From Candidatus Delongbacteria bacterium (GTDB lineage: Bacteria; UBA4055), in assembly GCA_007124045.1 (NCBI GenBank), contig SLFX01000088.1, positions 1 through 46,374 on the forward strand: DNA of 46,374 bases. Reading direction: 5' to 3'. A program made the translations under genes and the position numbers. The notes under the pieces were generated by a model. It did not search any database. It had not been told where the DNA came from and saw only the letters and a list, made by a program, of their open reading frames with translations. Of this stretch, positions 26,295-36,728 are shown one piece after another (position 1 is the stretch's first letter; each line of letters opens with the position of its first letter).

Positions 26295-29200
26295 GTGATA
26301 TTGAATTCTGAATATATTTTTATAACAGACATAGGAAGCACGACCACCAAAGGTTTGCTGATCAAATACGATACAAAGAATAACCGCTACAATTTTCTGA
26401 CTCAGGCGGATGCTTATACTACTGTCGAGAAACCCTATGAGGATGTTAATTTCGGCATAATGAAGGCAGCCGAGAGGATCGAACAGAAAAGTGGTGTGAA
26501 GCTGACGGATGAAAACAGGAACCTCACCGTTCCCTATATTACAACAAGCTCGGCGGGAGGGGGACTTCAGATACTTGTGTGCGGATTGACTAAAGTTGAT
26601 ACGGGCAAAAACGCCCAGATCACAGCGATGGGTGCCGGGGGAGTTGTACTGAGAACTTTTACGATAGACGACAGACTTTCCGATTTCGACAGAGTCAGAA
26701 TGATAAGAGACCTTAGTCCCGACATGATACTGATAGCGGGAGGTTATGAGGGCGGTAACAGCTATGCAACAATGCGGCAGCTTCAGCTGATGATCATGGC
26801 CTCGCCCAGGAACCGGTTCGATAAGGATGAAAAACTGCCTCTGATATTTTGCGGCAATACAGCAATGCATAAATATGTTAACGCTATGCTGCCGGATTAT
26901 TTTATTGTTTCATGCACTGAAAATATCCGTCCGAATTACGAGACTTACAATTATGAGCCTGCTAAACAGAAAATACATGAATTATTCAAAGACAGTGTAA
27001 TGGAGCACGCTCCCGGTTACAGGAAACTGAAAAAGCAGGTTTCTTCCGGGATCGTTCCCACGCCTACAGCGGTTGAGAGGATGCTTAAGCTTTATGCCGG
27101 GAAACACAAAGAAAACATCATAGCCATTGATATGGGCGGAGCTACTACAGACATATATTCCTGGATCAAAGGTTTTTTTCACAGAACGGTTTCTGCTAAT
27201 GTGGGACTGAGTTTTTCCATGGCCAATATTCTCGCAACTGTGCTTCAAAGCAAAGAATTTTCAGGTTTAAAAAGCATCCTTCCCGAAAATTATTCAGAGG
27301 ACGATGTCAAAAATTATATCAATAACAAAACTCTTAATCCGTCCTATCTTCCGAAAAGCGACCCGGAACGGTATCTTGAGCAGATATTTGCACAAATGGG
27401 ATTCGAGATCTCGTTCGATCAGCATCTTGAGATGAATTTTAATAATGAGAGGAACGATTTTTTCGACGGCGTATCAGAGATTTACGAAAAGCTTTTCAGT
27501 TTTTTCAGATCAATATTCGGCAAACACAGAAAAGATTTTTTCTCAGAAAACAGTAAATACTGCGAGGATGCATACAGCATTGATATGGAAAATCAATTCC
27601 ATCTTTCAGATATTCAGACGATAATCGGTTCAGGCGGAGTGATAGCTTATGCCAAAAGCAGAGAAGAACAGATCTTTATGCTCAATGAAGGACTAAAACC
27701 ATACGGGATAACAAAACTTGTGATAGATATGCCTTTTAAGGTCTCCCATATGGGGATACTGTCATATTCAGACCCTGCAGCGGCTCTTGAAATGTTCGAA
27801 AGGGAATGCCTCAGAACAGCCGCGATAGTTATCGCACCGGTCGGAAAAATTAAAAAAGACAGGCCGGCTGTGTATATTAAAGCTGAAGGCTCTGAAGAAA
27901 AATATCTTATGAAGGGAGGGCAGCTGCTTTATTTGAGATCAGGTGCGAAATTTGAAATAATAAGTGCAGCCCGCAACATAAAGGTTGATAAAAATAAAGT
28001 TTCTGAAATAATCGATACTGATCTTCCCGTACTTATCGACTGCAGGGGGAGAGGAAAGTATTTTAAAGGGCCGCATCTGCTTAAATCAGGCGTAAAAGAG
28101 TTTCAGTTCAATTACGGAACTTTGGTTTCAAACATACCTCTCAACAGGATCAAAACCGGCGATATTAAATACGAAGAAAAAGAGTTTACAACAAGACTTC
28201 CTCACGAAGGAGAAATACTGGTTGAGGAAGGAAATACAGTCAGGGCGGGCGACATTATCGGCAGGAACGAATCCGCCAACCGGGAATATTTTTATGTTGA
28301 TGTTGCCAATATGAGCAATGTCAGATACCGGTACACAGCAGAAGAGATCAGGCAGAGGCTGAGAATAAAAAAAGGATCCGAGGTCAAAACAGGCGATGTG
28401 ATCTTTCACGGTTATATCAACAGAGTGACTAAGGTTAGTAATGAGAGGACATACGGCAAAGATAATTTTTGCGAAAAGCTGACAGAAACGGATTTTTATG
28501 CGGTAAAAAGCGGTCTGGTTTCGGAGATTTATTATGAACTGGGACTCATCTGCTTTGAAGTCATAGAAAAAAATGAAAAAGCTGAAATTGATGTTGCATC
28601 TCCCTTCCTCATAAAGCCGAAAAACATTAAGACTTACCTTTCTGTAATTTTAGGCGATCCGATCAAAGAAAACCAGATAATATCCTCAAAAATTACCAGA
28701 GGCAGGCTGTCTGTCAAATCTCCCATAAAAGGATATGTGACCGAAATAGATACCAAGAAGGGAACAGTAACTATAGAAAACAAGCTGAAACCCTACATCA
28801 TGCGTTCATTCGTAAGCGGAAGGGTTTCGGCTGTTGAACCCGGGACAGGAGTGACAGTAACGGCAAAATGCGCAGTTCTTAACGGAGCATCCGGATTCGG
28901 AGGGGAAACTTACGGCGAGTCGGTATTTATTGAAAGAAGGGATAATTTCATAAATGAGGTTAAAATTTCCGGTAATGTCTCAAAAGAATACAAAGGCAGA
29001 ATACTTGTTTTTAGAGAGAGCATCAATTTGTCCGTTCTTGAGGCTGCACTGGAGCTTAAGGCAAATGGAGTCATCGCACCGTCTGTAAACAGCAGGGACT
29101 GGACGGCATTTTGCGGAAACGATCTTAGCATTTCATTTACAGGAGACGAGGATTTAGGATTTTCTCTCGTGCTCATAAAGGGTTTCGGAAAGATCAGCAT

Positions 29201-29321
29201 GGAAGATGATACGGCAGAACTCTTTAAACGCTATCATCTCAAAGAGATCAGCATCAACGGAAGGACTCAGATAAGAGCAGGCACGATCAGGCCGCAGATC
29301 ATTTTACCCGACCAGATATAA
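26295..29321 (+). CDS. Glutamate mutase L (GlmL/MutL-type ASKHA ATPase) family protein fused to a C-terminal barrel-sandwich-hybrid-rich domain
   Basis: DIGSTTTKG, TSSAGGGL, LIAGG.EGG, PTPTAV and DMGGATTD. The C-terminal region has VEEGNTVRAGD, KSPIKGYV and QIRAGTIRP. Confidence 0.8.
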   Translation: MILNSEYIFITDIGSTTTKGLLIKYDTKNNRYNFLTQADAYTTVEKPYEDVNFGIMKAAERIEQKSGVKLTDENRNLTVPYITTSSAGGGLQILVCGLTKVDTGKNAQITAMGAGGVVLRTFTIDDRLSDFDRVRMIRDLSPDMILIAGGYEGGNSYATMRQLQLMIMASPRNRFDKDEKLPLIFCGNTAMHKYVNAMLPDYFIVSCTENIRPNYETYNYEPAKQKIHELFKDSVMEHAPGYRKLKKQVSSGIVPTPTAVERMLKLYAGKHKENIIAIDMGGATTDIYSWIKGFFHRTVSANVGLSFSMANILATVLQSKEFSGLKSILPENYSEDDVKNYINNKTLNPSYLPKSDPERYLEQIFAQMGFEISFDQHLEMNFNNERNDFFDGVSEIYEKLFSFFRSIFGKHRKDFFSENSKYCEDAYSIDMENQFHLSDIQTIIGSGGVIAYAKSREEQIFMLNEGLKPYGITKLVIDMPFKVSHMGILSYSDPAAALEMFERECLRTAAIVIAPVGKIKKDRPAVYIKAEGSEEKYLMKGGQLLYLRSGAKFEIISAARNIKVDKNKVSEIIDTDLPVLIDCRGRGKYFKGPHLLKSGVKEFQFNYGTLVSNIPLNRIKTGDIKYEEKEFTTRLPHEGEILVEEGNTVRAGDIIGRNESANREYFYVDVANMSNVRYRYTAEEIRQRLRIKKGSEVKTGDVIFHGYINRVTKVSNERTYGKDNFCEKLTETDFYAVKSGLVSEIYYELGLICFEVIEKNEKAEIDVASPFLIKPKNIKTYLSVILGDPIKENQIISSKITRGRLSVKSPIKGYVTEIDTKKGTVTIENKLKPYIMRSFVSGRVSAVEPGTGVTVTAKCAVLNGASGFGGETYGESVFIERRDNFINEVKISGNVSKEYKGRILVFRESINLSVLEAALELKANGVIAPSVNSRDWTAFCGNDLSISFTGDEDLGFSLVLIKGFGKISMEDDTAELFKRYHLKEISINGRTQIRAGTIRPQIILPDQI

Positions 29322-29407
29322 GTAGTTTTTTGATTTTTATTCAGAACAAATCAGGCACTCAATAGTATAAGTGCGAAAAATAATGATCCAAGAATAAAGG
29401 AGATCCT

Positions 29408-30397
29408 ATGAATAGCGACATCAGGGAAATAACTGAAAAAGTTGAAAAGGAAAGCAGATTCCTTGATATTCTGTCAATGGAGATAAGCAAGATCATCGTC
29501 GGCCAGAAATATATGGTTGACAGGCTGCTGACAAGTTTGTTTACGGGAGGGCATGTACTTCTGGAAGGTGTTCCCGGACTGGCAAAGACCGAAACTGTCA
29601 AAACCCTGGCCAAGGCCGTGGATGTTAAATACCAGAGAATACAGTTCACTCCGGACCTTCTGCCTGCCGATCTCATCGGTACCATGATCTACAATCAGAA
29701 CACTAATAATTTTGAAACAAAAAAGGGACCTATCTTTGCGAATATAATTCTTGCGGATGAGATCAACAGGTCGCCGGCAAAAGTGCAGTCCGCACTCCTT
29801 GAGGCAATGCAGGAAAAGCATGTTACTATCGGAGAGAACACCTTTTATCTCGAAGAGCCTTTCCTCGTACTCGCCACACAAAACCCGATTGAACAGGAAG
29901 GAACTTATCCGCTGCCTGAAGCGCAGGTGGACAGGTTTATGCTCAAACTAAAGATCACTTATCCCACTCCCGCCGAGGAGCTGGAGATCATGAGAAGAGT
30001 GACGGTTCAGAAGAAGGCTGAGATAAATCCCGTGATCACACCGGAGGAGATAAAAAAAGTAAGAGGAATAGTAAGAGAGATATACATTGACGAAAAAGTT
30101 GAAAAATATATTATTGATATTGTTAATGCGACCAGAAATCCCGAAAAATACGGGTTGAAAGACATTGATTCGCTAATAGGCTACGCGGCATCTCCCAGAG
30201 CTTCAATATATCTTGTTCTTGCAGCTAAAGCTCAGGCATTCATGAAAAAGAGGGGCTTTGTTACACCGGAAGATGTGAGAGCTATCGGAATGGATGTTTT
30301 AAGGCACAGAATAGGCGTCACTTATGAAGCCGAGGCGGAAGAGATAACATCTGAGGATATTGTTAAGAGGATATTTGACACGGTCGAGATACCCTGA
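29408..30397 (+). CDS. moxR: MoxR-family AAA+ ATPase
   Basis: GVPGLAKT, RIQFTPDLLPAD, LADEINR and ATQNPIEQEGTYPLPEAQVDRF. Confidence 0.96.
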   Translation: MNSDIREITEKVEKESRFLDILSMEISKIIVGQKYMVDRLLTSLFTGGHVLLEGVPGLAKTETVKTLAKAVDVKYQRIQFTPDLLPADLIGTMIYNQNTNNFETKKGPIFANIILADEINRSPAKVQSALLEAMQEKHVTIGENTFYLEEPFLVLATQNPIEQEGTYPLPEAQVDRFMLKLKITYPTPAEELEIMRRVTVQKKAEINPVITPEEIKKVRGIVREIYIDEKVEKYIIDIVNATRNPEKYGLKDIDSLIGYAASPRASIYLVLAAKAQAFMKKRGFVTPEDVRAIGMDVLRHRIGVTYEAEAEEITSEDIVKRIFDTVEIP

Positions 30398-30400
30398 TTT

Positions 30401-31288
30401 ATGGAAGAAAGAGAAAAACAGAAGGAAATACTGAAAAAGGTCAGATTTATTGACCTCAAGACCAGAAAAGCCGTAAATGAGCTTTTCGGGGGCGAATATC
30501 ATTCGGTGTTCAAAGGAAGAGGAATGAATTTCTCCCAGGTGCGTGAGTATTCCTACGGAGACGATATCCGATCTATAGACTGGAATGTGACGGCGAGAAT
30601 GAAAAAACCTTTCGTGAAGGTTTTTGAAGAGGAGCGGGAGCTTGTTCTCATGCTTCTTGTGGATATCTCCGCAAGCGGAAATTTCGGATCCGGTGAAAAT
30701 TTTAAAAGGGAGATCGCCGCAGAAATAGCGGCACTTCTGGCTTTTTCCGCCGTCAAGAACAACGACAAAGTCGGACTGGTATTATTTTCTGATCAGGTTG
30801 AAAAATTCATCCCTCCGAAAAAAGGCAGGAGCCATGTTTTCAGGATTATAAGGGAACTTCTTTTTTTCAAACCGACATCAAAAGGAACATCGATCGAAAC
30901 AGCGCTTGAATTTCTGAATAATGTCCAGAAGAAAAAATCGATATCTTTCCTTATATCCGATTTCATGGATGAAGGTTATGAAAAAGGACTTCAGATAGTA
31001 TCCAAAAAGCATGACCTTATTGCTGTTGATCTTTATGATAAAAGGGAAAAAGAACTTCCCGAACGGGGACTATACGAATTTTATGACAATGAAACAGGAA
31101 AAAAGATACTTATTGATCTCAGCAGTAATATAAACCGCGGGATCATTGAATCGAATATAAACCGGAAGGCGGTTCGGAAGTCCAGACTGTTCAGAAAAAA
31201 CAGGATCGAAAATATCAGCATGGATATCAATCAGCCCTACATTAAACCACTTATTTCTTTTTTCAGGAAAAGGAAAACAAAAAGATGA
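30401..31288 (+). CDS. DUF58 family protein
   Basis: GEYHSVFKGRG, VREYSYGDDIRSIDWNVTAR and VDISAS. Confidence 0.93.
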   Translation: MEEREKQKEILKKVRFIDLKTRKAVNELFGGEYHSVFKGRGMNFSQVREYSYGDDIRSIDWNVTARMKKPFVKVFEEERELVLMLLVDISASGNFGSGENFKREIAAEIAALLAFSAVKNNDKVGLVLFSDQVEKFIPPKKGRSHVFRIIRELLFFKPTSKGTSIETALEFLNNVQKKKSISFLISDFMDEGYEKGLQIVSKKHDLIAVDLYDKREKELPERGLYEFYDNETGKKILIDLSSNINRGIIESNINRKAVRKSRLFRKNRIENISMDINQPYIKPLISFFRKRKTKR

Positions 31289-32256
31289 AGAACAGTCTTC
31301 TGTTCATATTTTTTACTGTTTTTTCTGTTTTTTCCCAGATAAGCGTAAGGCCGGACAGAACGGAACTTTTTACCGGCGGAAGACTCAGGGTCATCATAGA
31401 GATATCCTACCCGGAAAATTCCATACCGGATATGGGGAGAATAAAAAATTCGGGCGATGAGGATTTTTATCAGATCAGTTCCGTGACAACCGGAAGACAG
31501 GTTCTTGACGGACAGGTAAAGGAAACAATAATAAACGAGTATGCTGTATTTGCAGAAGAGGGTGAAAATGAATTTAAACCCATTGAGTTCGGATTCGTTC
31601 TGGAAGAAGAGCATTTTGAATTCAGCAGCGACCCGGTTAAAATAAATGTCCGTTCGATAAGCAAAGAAACAAGGGTCACTGTTACAGATTCTCTCGGAAA
31701 CCGGCAAAGTATAAGGGTCGATTCTCTGGGCGTGATCCTTCCGGTCAAAGATATCATAAGATACAGGATGTCGGTCCGTGAAAAATGGTATGCCGGAACA
31801 TTTTTCATACTTCTTGCTTTTCTTATTCTCGCAGTATGGATTTTACTTAAACGCAAAAAAAGGAAGAACGGATCTGATGAAGTAGCTGAGGAAAAGAAGA
31901 TCCCCGCTCATATCATTGCCATCGAAAATCTGAACAGGCTTAAAGAGAAAAAACTTCTGGAAAAAGGGGAATTCAAGGAATTCGCTGCCGGTCTTTCTCT
32001 GATATTCAGAAATTTTCTGGAGGACAGGTTCGATTTTCCCGGAGCAGAGATGCCGACAGAAGAGCTGAAAGCAGAAATAAAGGACAGAATAAAAGATGAT
32101 GAAACAATAAATAATTCATATAAACTTCTTGAAGTGACAGATTTTGTAAAATACGCAAAATTCATACCTCTGGAAGCAGAACTTAAATCATTTCTCGAAT
32201 TCGCTTATAAGGCTGTGGATAAACTCAGGGAAGAAACTGACGGTAAGAGTACATGA
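31285..32256 (+). CDS. BatD-like membrane protein of the MoxR/Bat operon
   Basis: Signal peptide, Ig-like region, TM, then AEMPTEE and DFVKYAK. Confidence 0.7.
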   Translation: MKNSLLFIFFTVFSVFSQISVRPDRTELFTGGRLRVIIEISYPENSIPDMGRIKNSGDEDFYQISSVTTGRQVLDGQVKETIINEYAVFAEEGENEFKPIEFGFVLEEEHFEFSSDPVKINVRSISKETRVTVTDSLGNRQSIRVDSLGVILPVKDIIRYRMSVREKWYAGTFFILLAFLILAVWILLKRKKRKNGSDEVAEEKKIPAHIIAIENLNRLKEKKLLEKGEFKEFAAGLSLIFRNFLEDRFDFPGAEMPTEELKAEIKDRIKDDETINNSYKLLEVTDFVKYAKFIPLEAELKSFLEFAYKAVDKLREETDGKST

Positions 32257-33236
32257 TGTACAGATTCGAAGACCCCCAATATCTTTATCTTATTTTTATT
32301 CCTCTGACAGCTCTGTTATATGGATTTTTAAGGAAAAACAGCGCGCATATAAGATTCTCAGGTTCCGAAATATTCACGGGGGTAAAAAAGACTTTGAGGG
32401 TCAGACTTATAAGGCTGCCTTTCATTCTTAAAACACTCGCGGTTATATTGATGATTATTGCACTGGCGAGGCCTCAGAGTTCATCGGAAACGGAAGTTAC
32501 GATGACCGAGGGTATTGATATTATGATCAGTCTTGACATATCTACTTCTATGCTTGCTCAGGATTTTAAACCAGACAGATTAAGAGCCGCTCTTGAAATA
32601 GCAAGGGAATTTATTGCCGGAAGGACAAATGACAGGATAGGTATGGTGCTTTTTGCCGGAGAGGCATATACGCAGTCTCCTTTAACTACTGACTACAGAG
32701 TTCTCGGTGAGCTTATAGATAAGGTCAGGCTGGGAGTAATACAGGACGGGACAGCCATCGGATCGGGAATAATTACAGCAGTCAACAGGCTTAAGAACAG
32801 TGATGCTGAAAGCAGAGTGATAATACTTCTTACCGATGGTGAGAACAACATGGGGGAGATCGACCCCGTAACCGCTGCTCATGTTGCGGCAGCACTGGAT
32901 ATCAGAATTTATTCCGTAGGAATTGGAGGCAGTTACGCACCGTATCCTTTCAGGACCCCCTTCGGACAGACTGTTTTAAGAGAAGTCGAATTCAAAATAG
33001 ACGAAGAGATGCTCAAAGAGATAGCTTCGGTCACCGGAGGAAGATATTTTCAGGCTGATGACGAATCAAAACTTAGGGAAATATATGAAGAAATAGACAG
33101 TATGGAAAAGGCCGAGATCGAAGTCAATGTGTACAGAAGATTTCATGAAAAATACTATATTTTCCTGTTTCCGGGTCTCTTGATGCTTTTCGGAGCACTG
33201 ATTCTTGAAAATACTGTTCTATTGAAAAAACCATAG
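32253..33236 (+). CDS. batA: BatA VWA-domain protein
   Basis: FEDP..., LARPQ, MIDAS DISTSM, GTAIG and LLTDGENN. Confidence 0.9.
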   Translation: MMYRFEDPQYLYLIFIPLTALLYGFLRKNSAHIRFSGSEIFTGVKKTLRVRLIRLPFILKTLAVILMIIALARPQSSSETEVTMTEGIDIMISLDISTSMLAQDFKPDRLRAALEIAREFIAGRTNDRIGMVLFAGEAYTQSPLTTDYRVLGELIDKVRLGVIQDGTAIGSGIITAVNRLKNSDAESRVIILLTDGENNMGEIDPVTAAHVAAALDIRIYSVGIGGSYAPYPFRTPFGQTVLREVEFKIDEEMLKEIASVTGGRYFQADDESKLREIYEEIDSMEKAEIEVNVYRRFHEKYYIFLFPGLLMLFGALILENTVLLKKP

Positions 33237-33315
33237 TTGTCATCCTGTTTAATTTCATTGTTTTTAGAGTGATTCTTATATATATTACAGCCCCGAATCA
33301 TTTAGAGGAGATACC

Positions 33316-34647
33316 TTGATAAAGAGTTTTTATATACAGACTTTCGGATGCCAGATGAATGTGTATGATTCGGATCTTGTAGCAGGTATTCTGTCAGGGT
33401 CCGGATATGTTAAGGCCTCTTCGATGGAGGATGCGGAGATAGTTCTTTTGAACACCTGCGCTATCAGGGAAAAAGCGGTTGAGAGGGTTATCAATAAATT
33501 CAGTCAGTATGCGTATATGAAAAAGGCAGGAAGAATGAAGATAGCCGGAATTCTGGGATGTATTCCCCAGCATTCTCCTGAAAGGCTGAAAAAAGAACTT
33601 CCTTTTCTTGATATTCTTGCAGGACCTGACAGTTATCACAAACTTCCCGAAATGATAGAAGCGTCACTGAAAGATAAAAAACTTCATGAGAATACCGAAC
33701 TCACCCACACTCAGAACTATGAGGAAGTTTTGCCATTCCCGGAGAACAGTTTTTCTTCATTTGTTACAATTATGCGTGGCTGCAATAATTTCTGTTCCTA
33801 TTGCGTTGTGCCTTATGTGCGTGGCAGGGAAAGAAGCAGAAGCACAGGATCCGTTCTTAAAGAAGTGCGTTCACTTGTGCAGAGAAATGTCACAGAAATC
33901 ACTCTGCTTGGTCAGAATGTAAATTCATATTATTCAAACGGGACTGATCTCGCCGCACTTCTTAACATTATATCCGGAGTTGAAGGACTAAAAAGGCTCA
34001 GGTTCGCGACATCTCATCCTAAAGATATTTCGGACGAACTTATTCATATAATGGCAAACAATCCGAAAATATGCAATCATCTTCATTTGCCTTTTCAGTC
34101 CGGAAGCGATGCGATATTAAAAAGAATGAACAGAGGGTACACCCGTGAGGAATATCTATCCAAGATCGAAAGGATAAGAAAAGCTGTACCTCAAATTGCT
34201 GTTACAACAGATGTTATTGTAGGTTTCCCCGGTGAGTCCTGTGAAGATTTTGAATATACTCTTGATCTTATGAGAAAGGCTCAATTCGACAACGCATTCA
34301 TGTTTATTTATTCTGAAAGAAACGGAACAGAAGCAAAGAAAAATTTTGTTGATGATATTCCAAGAAAAGTAAAGACCGACAGGCTGAAAAAGGTATCGGA
34401 ACTTCAGAAAAAACTTTCACTTGAACAAATGAGTCATGAAACAGGTAGAATAAGAGAGGTTTTGACTGAATCGGTCAGTAAAAAAAGAAAAGATGAACTT
34501 ATGGGCAGAACGGAACAGAACAGAACTGTTATATTTAAAAAGATCGAAGGGACGAAACCCGGGGATTATATTAATGTCAGGATCGATCGGGCGGAAGGTA
34601 TTTCGCTGTTCGGTGAACAGGTTGATAAAGGAGTTGGAGGAAAGTGA
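33316..34647 (+). CDS. miaB: tRNA-2-methylthio-N6-dimethylallyladenosine synthase
   Basis: TFGCQMNVYDS, NTCAIREKA, radical SAM CNNFCSYC, LLGQNVNSY, and a C-terminal TRAM domain. Confidence 0.95.
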   Translation: MIKSFYIQTFGCQMNVYDSDLVAGILSGSGYVKASSMEDAEIVLLNTCAIREKAVERVINKFSQYAYMKKAGRMKIAGILGCIPQHSPERLKKELPFLDILAGPDSYHKLPEMIEASLKDKKLHENTELTHTQNYEEVLPFPENSFSSFVTIMRGCNNFCSYCVVPYVRGRERSRSTGSVLKEVRSLVQRNVTEITLLGQNVNSYYSNGTDLAALLNIISGVEGLKRLRFATSHPKDISDELIHIMANNPKICNHLHLPFQSGSDAILKRMNRGYTREEYLSKIERIRKAVPQIAVTTDVIVGFPGESCEDFEYTLDLMRKAQFDNAFMFIYSERNGTEAKKNFVDDIPRKVKTDRLKKVSELQKKLSLEQMSHETGRIREVLTESVSKKRKDELMGRTEQNRTVIFKKIEGTKPGDYINVRIDRAEGISLFGEQVDKGVGGK

Positions 34648-35054
34648 TGTATTATGTAAAAAAAGGTGTTCAGCTCATTCTGCTTGCCGCAATAATCTGG
34701 GTGAGTGTAGAGAATTTTGGTATTACCGTTAAGGGAATGAGGGTGTTTTCGAACGAGATAATAGATGTGTCTGTTATCTTTGTGATTTTTGCATCAATGA
34801 TAATCGGCGGAATTATATCGGCTTTTTTTTCCGCTTTGAAGGAGTGGAAAAATGTTCGCGAGAACAGAAAAAAAATAAGTGAACTGAAAGGCGTGATAAA
34901 AGATCTTGAACTGAAGAATAAGGATTATCAGCTTGCAATGAATGAACTTGAGAGGCTTAAATCGGAGAATACTTCACTGAAAAGCGAGGTGGGAACGCTC
35001 AAGGAGGTAATTTCATCGACAGTCGCTTCTTCGGATAAAAAGGTAGAATACTAA
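34644..35054 (+). CDS. LapA (DUF1049)-like membrane protein
   Basis: Two TM helices with conserved N, followed by a coiled coil. Confidence 0.6.
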   Translation: MMYYVKKGVQLILLAAIIWVSVENFGITVKGMRVFSNEIIDVSVIFVIFASMIIGGIISAFFSALKEWKNVRENRKKISELKGVIKDLELKNKDYQLAMNELERLKSENTSLKSEVGTLKEVISSTVASSDKKVEY

Positions 35055-35071
35055 TTCAGACGGGTCGAAAA

Positions 35072-36715
35072 ATGGATAAAATATATGACTATCTGGTTGT
35101 CGGAAGCGGAGCGGCCGGTCTGTATTTTTCCATTCTTGCATCCCGATCAGGTAAAGTTCTTCTTCTCACAAAGAACACGCTAAAGGAATCCAACACATAC
35201 TACGCTCAGGGCGGTATTGCTTCGGTCGAAAAACACACCGATTCATTTCAGCAGCACATAAAGGATACTATAAAAGCGGGAGATGAGCTCTGCAACGAAA
35301 AAGCAGTTGAAATGGTTGTCAGCGAAGGTCCGGGAATTATCAATGAGCTGATATCTATCGGGGTGAAGTTCACCAGAGACAGAAGCAAAGGGTATTACTC
35401 GCTTCACAAGGAAGGCGGTCACTCAAAAAGCAGGGTTTTTCACTTTAAAGACATAACAGGCCGTGAACTGATCAGGGCTCTGACAAAAATGGTAAGGGAA
35501 AACAGTAACATCACCATAATAGAAAATATGGCGGCTGTAGATCTTTTAACCGAACATCAGAAAGAGGACAGTTCTCTGTTTAACCCCAGGAATATAACCT
35601 GCTACGGTATTTATGCGCACGATCCTAAAACGAAAAAGATACATAAGATACTGTCAAGATCTACAATACTGGCAACAGGCGGATCGGGTCAGGTCTATCT
35701 GCACACATCGAATCCGGGAGTGGCGACCGGGGACGGTCTGGCTATGGCATTCAGGGCAGGCGCGACCGTTTCAAACCTTGAGTTTTACCAGTTCCATCCT
35801 ACCACGCTTTACACAGAAAAGGAAAAGGAGAATTCATTTCTTATATCGGAAGCGGTAAGAGGTTTCGGAGGGAATTTAAAGACGAAGGACGGCAAAAGTT
35901 TTATGCACAAATATCATCGTCTTAAATCTCTTGCCCCCAGAGACATAGTTGCAAGGGCAATTGACAGTGAGATGAAAAAGAGAGGCGATGAATTTGTATA
36001 TCTGGATATACGCAACTTTCCTGCGAACAAGATTATATCAACATTCCCCAACATATACAAAAAATGCCTTGATGAAGGGATAGATATTACGAAAGAGATG
36101 ATACCTGTTGTCCCGGCAGCTCATTACCAGTGTGGGGGAATCGAGACGGATCTTCACGGTAAAACGGACATAAAGGGTCTTTATGCTATAGGAGAAGTCG
36201 CCCAGAACGGAATGCACGGGGCAAACAGGCTGGCCTCCAATTCGCTTCTTGACGCCCTTGTCTTTGCGAAAATCAGCGCTTTATCAGTAGAAAAATATAT
36301 TTCGAGAAATGTGATTAATTTCAGTGATATTAAAGAGTGGGAGTATTATCATACGGAGAGGCCTATAGAAAAGGTCGTGGTGAGTTATCTCAGGAACACG
36401 ATCAGAAGGCTGGTGAGCGAGTTTATCGGAATAGTAAGAAGCGATGAGAGGCTTAAGATGGCGGAGAAAATGATAGATCTTCTTGCCTGGCAGGCCAGGG
36501 ATTATTACATGCAGACCGAACTGTCAAGAGAAACTGTTGAGCTGAGGAATATAGCTGATGTTGCATATCTTCTTGTCAGGTTTGCGGGATTCAGAAAAGA
36601 ATCAAGAGGACTCCATTACAATATAGATCATCCCGAAAAGGACAATATTAACTGGAAGAAAAATACAAGACTGAGAAGCAGCGGAAGAAGAAGTAAAAGC
36701 GTAATAATCAGATAA
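35072..36715 (+). CDS. nadB: L-aspartate oxidase
   Basis: GSGAAGL, YAQGGIA, EGGHS, QFHPT, ISEAVRG, LAPRDIVAR, AHYQCGG, HGANRLASNSLL and ESRGLH. Confidence 0.97.
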   Translation: MDKIYDYLVVGSGAAGLYFSILASRSGKVLLLTKNTLKESNTYYAQGGIASVEKHTDSFQQHIKDTIKAGDELCNEKAVEMVVSEGPGIINELISIGVKFTRDRSKGYYSLHKEGGHSKSRVFHFKDITGRELIRALTKMVRENSNITIIENMAAVDLLTEHQKEDSSLFNPRNITCYGIYAHDPKTKKIHKILSRSTILATGGSGQVYLHTSNPGVATGDGLAMAFRAGATVSNLEFYQFHPTTLYTEKEKENSFLISEAVRGFGGNLKTKDGKSFMHKYHRLKSLAPRDIVARAIDSEMKKRGDEFVYLDIRNFPANKIISTFPNIYKKCLDEGIDITKEMIPVVPAAHYQCGGIETDLHGKTDIKGLYAIGEVAQNGMHGANRLASNSLLDALVFAKISALSVEKYISRNVINFSDIKEWEYYHTERPIEKVVVSYLRNTIRRLVSEFIGIVRSDERLKMAEKMIDLLAWQARDYYMQTELSRETVELRNIADVAYLLVRFAGFRKESRGLHYNIDHPEKDNINWKKNTRLRSSGRRSKSVIIR

Positions 36716-36728
36716 CCGGAGGTATTTT

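Noticed and set aside
26256-26870. 204-aa minus-strand ORF and the many other short antisense or alternate-frame ORFs in the track
   Set aside because: They lie within well-supported genes and have no recognisable motifs, so they are shadow ORFs.
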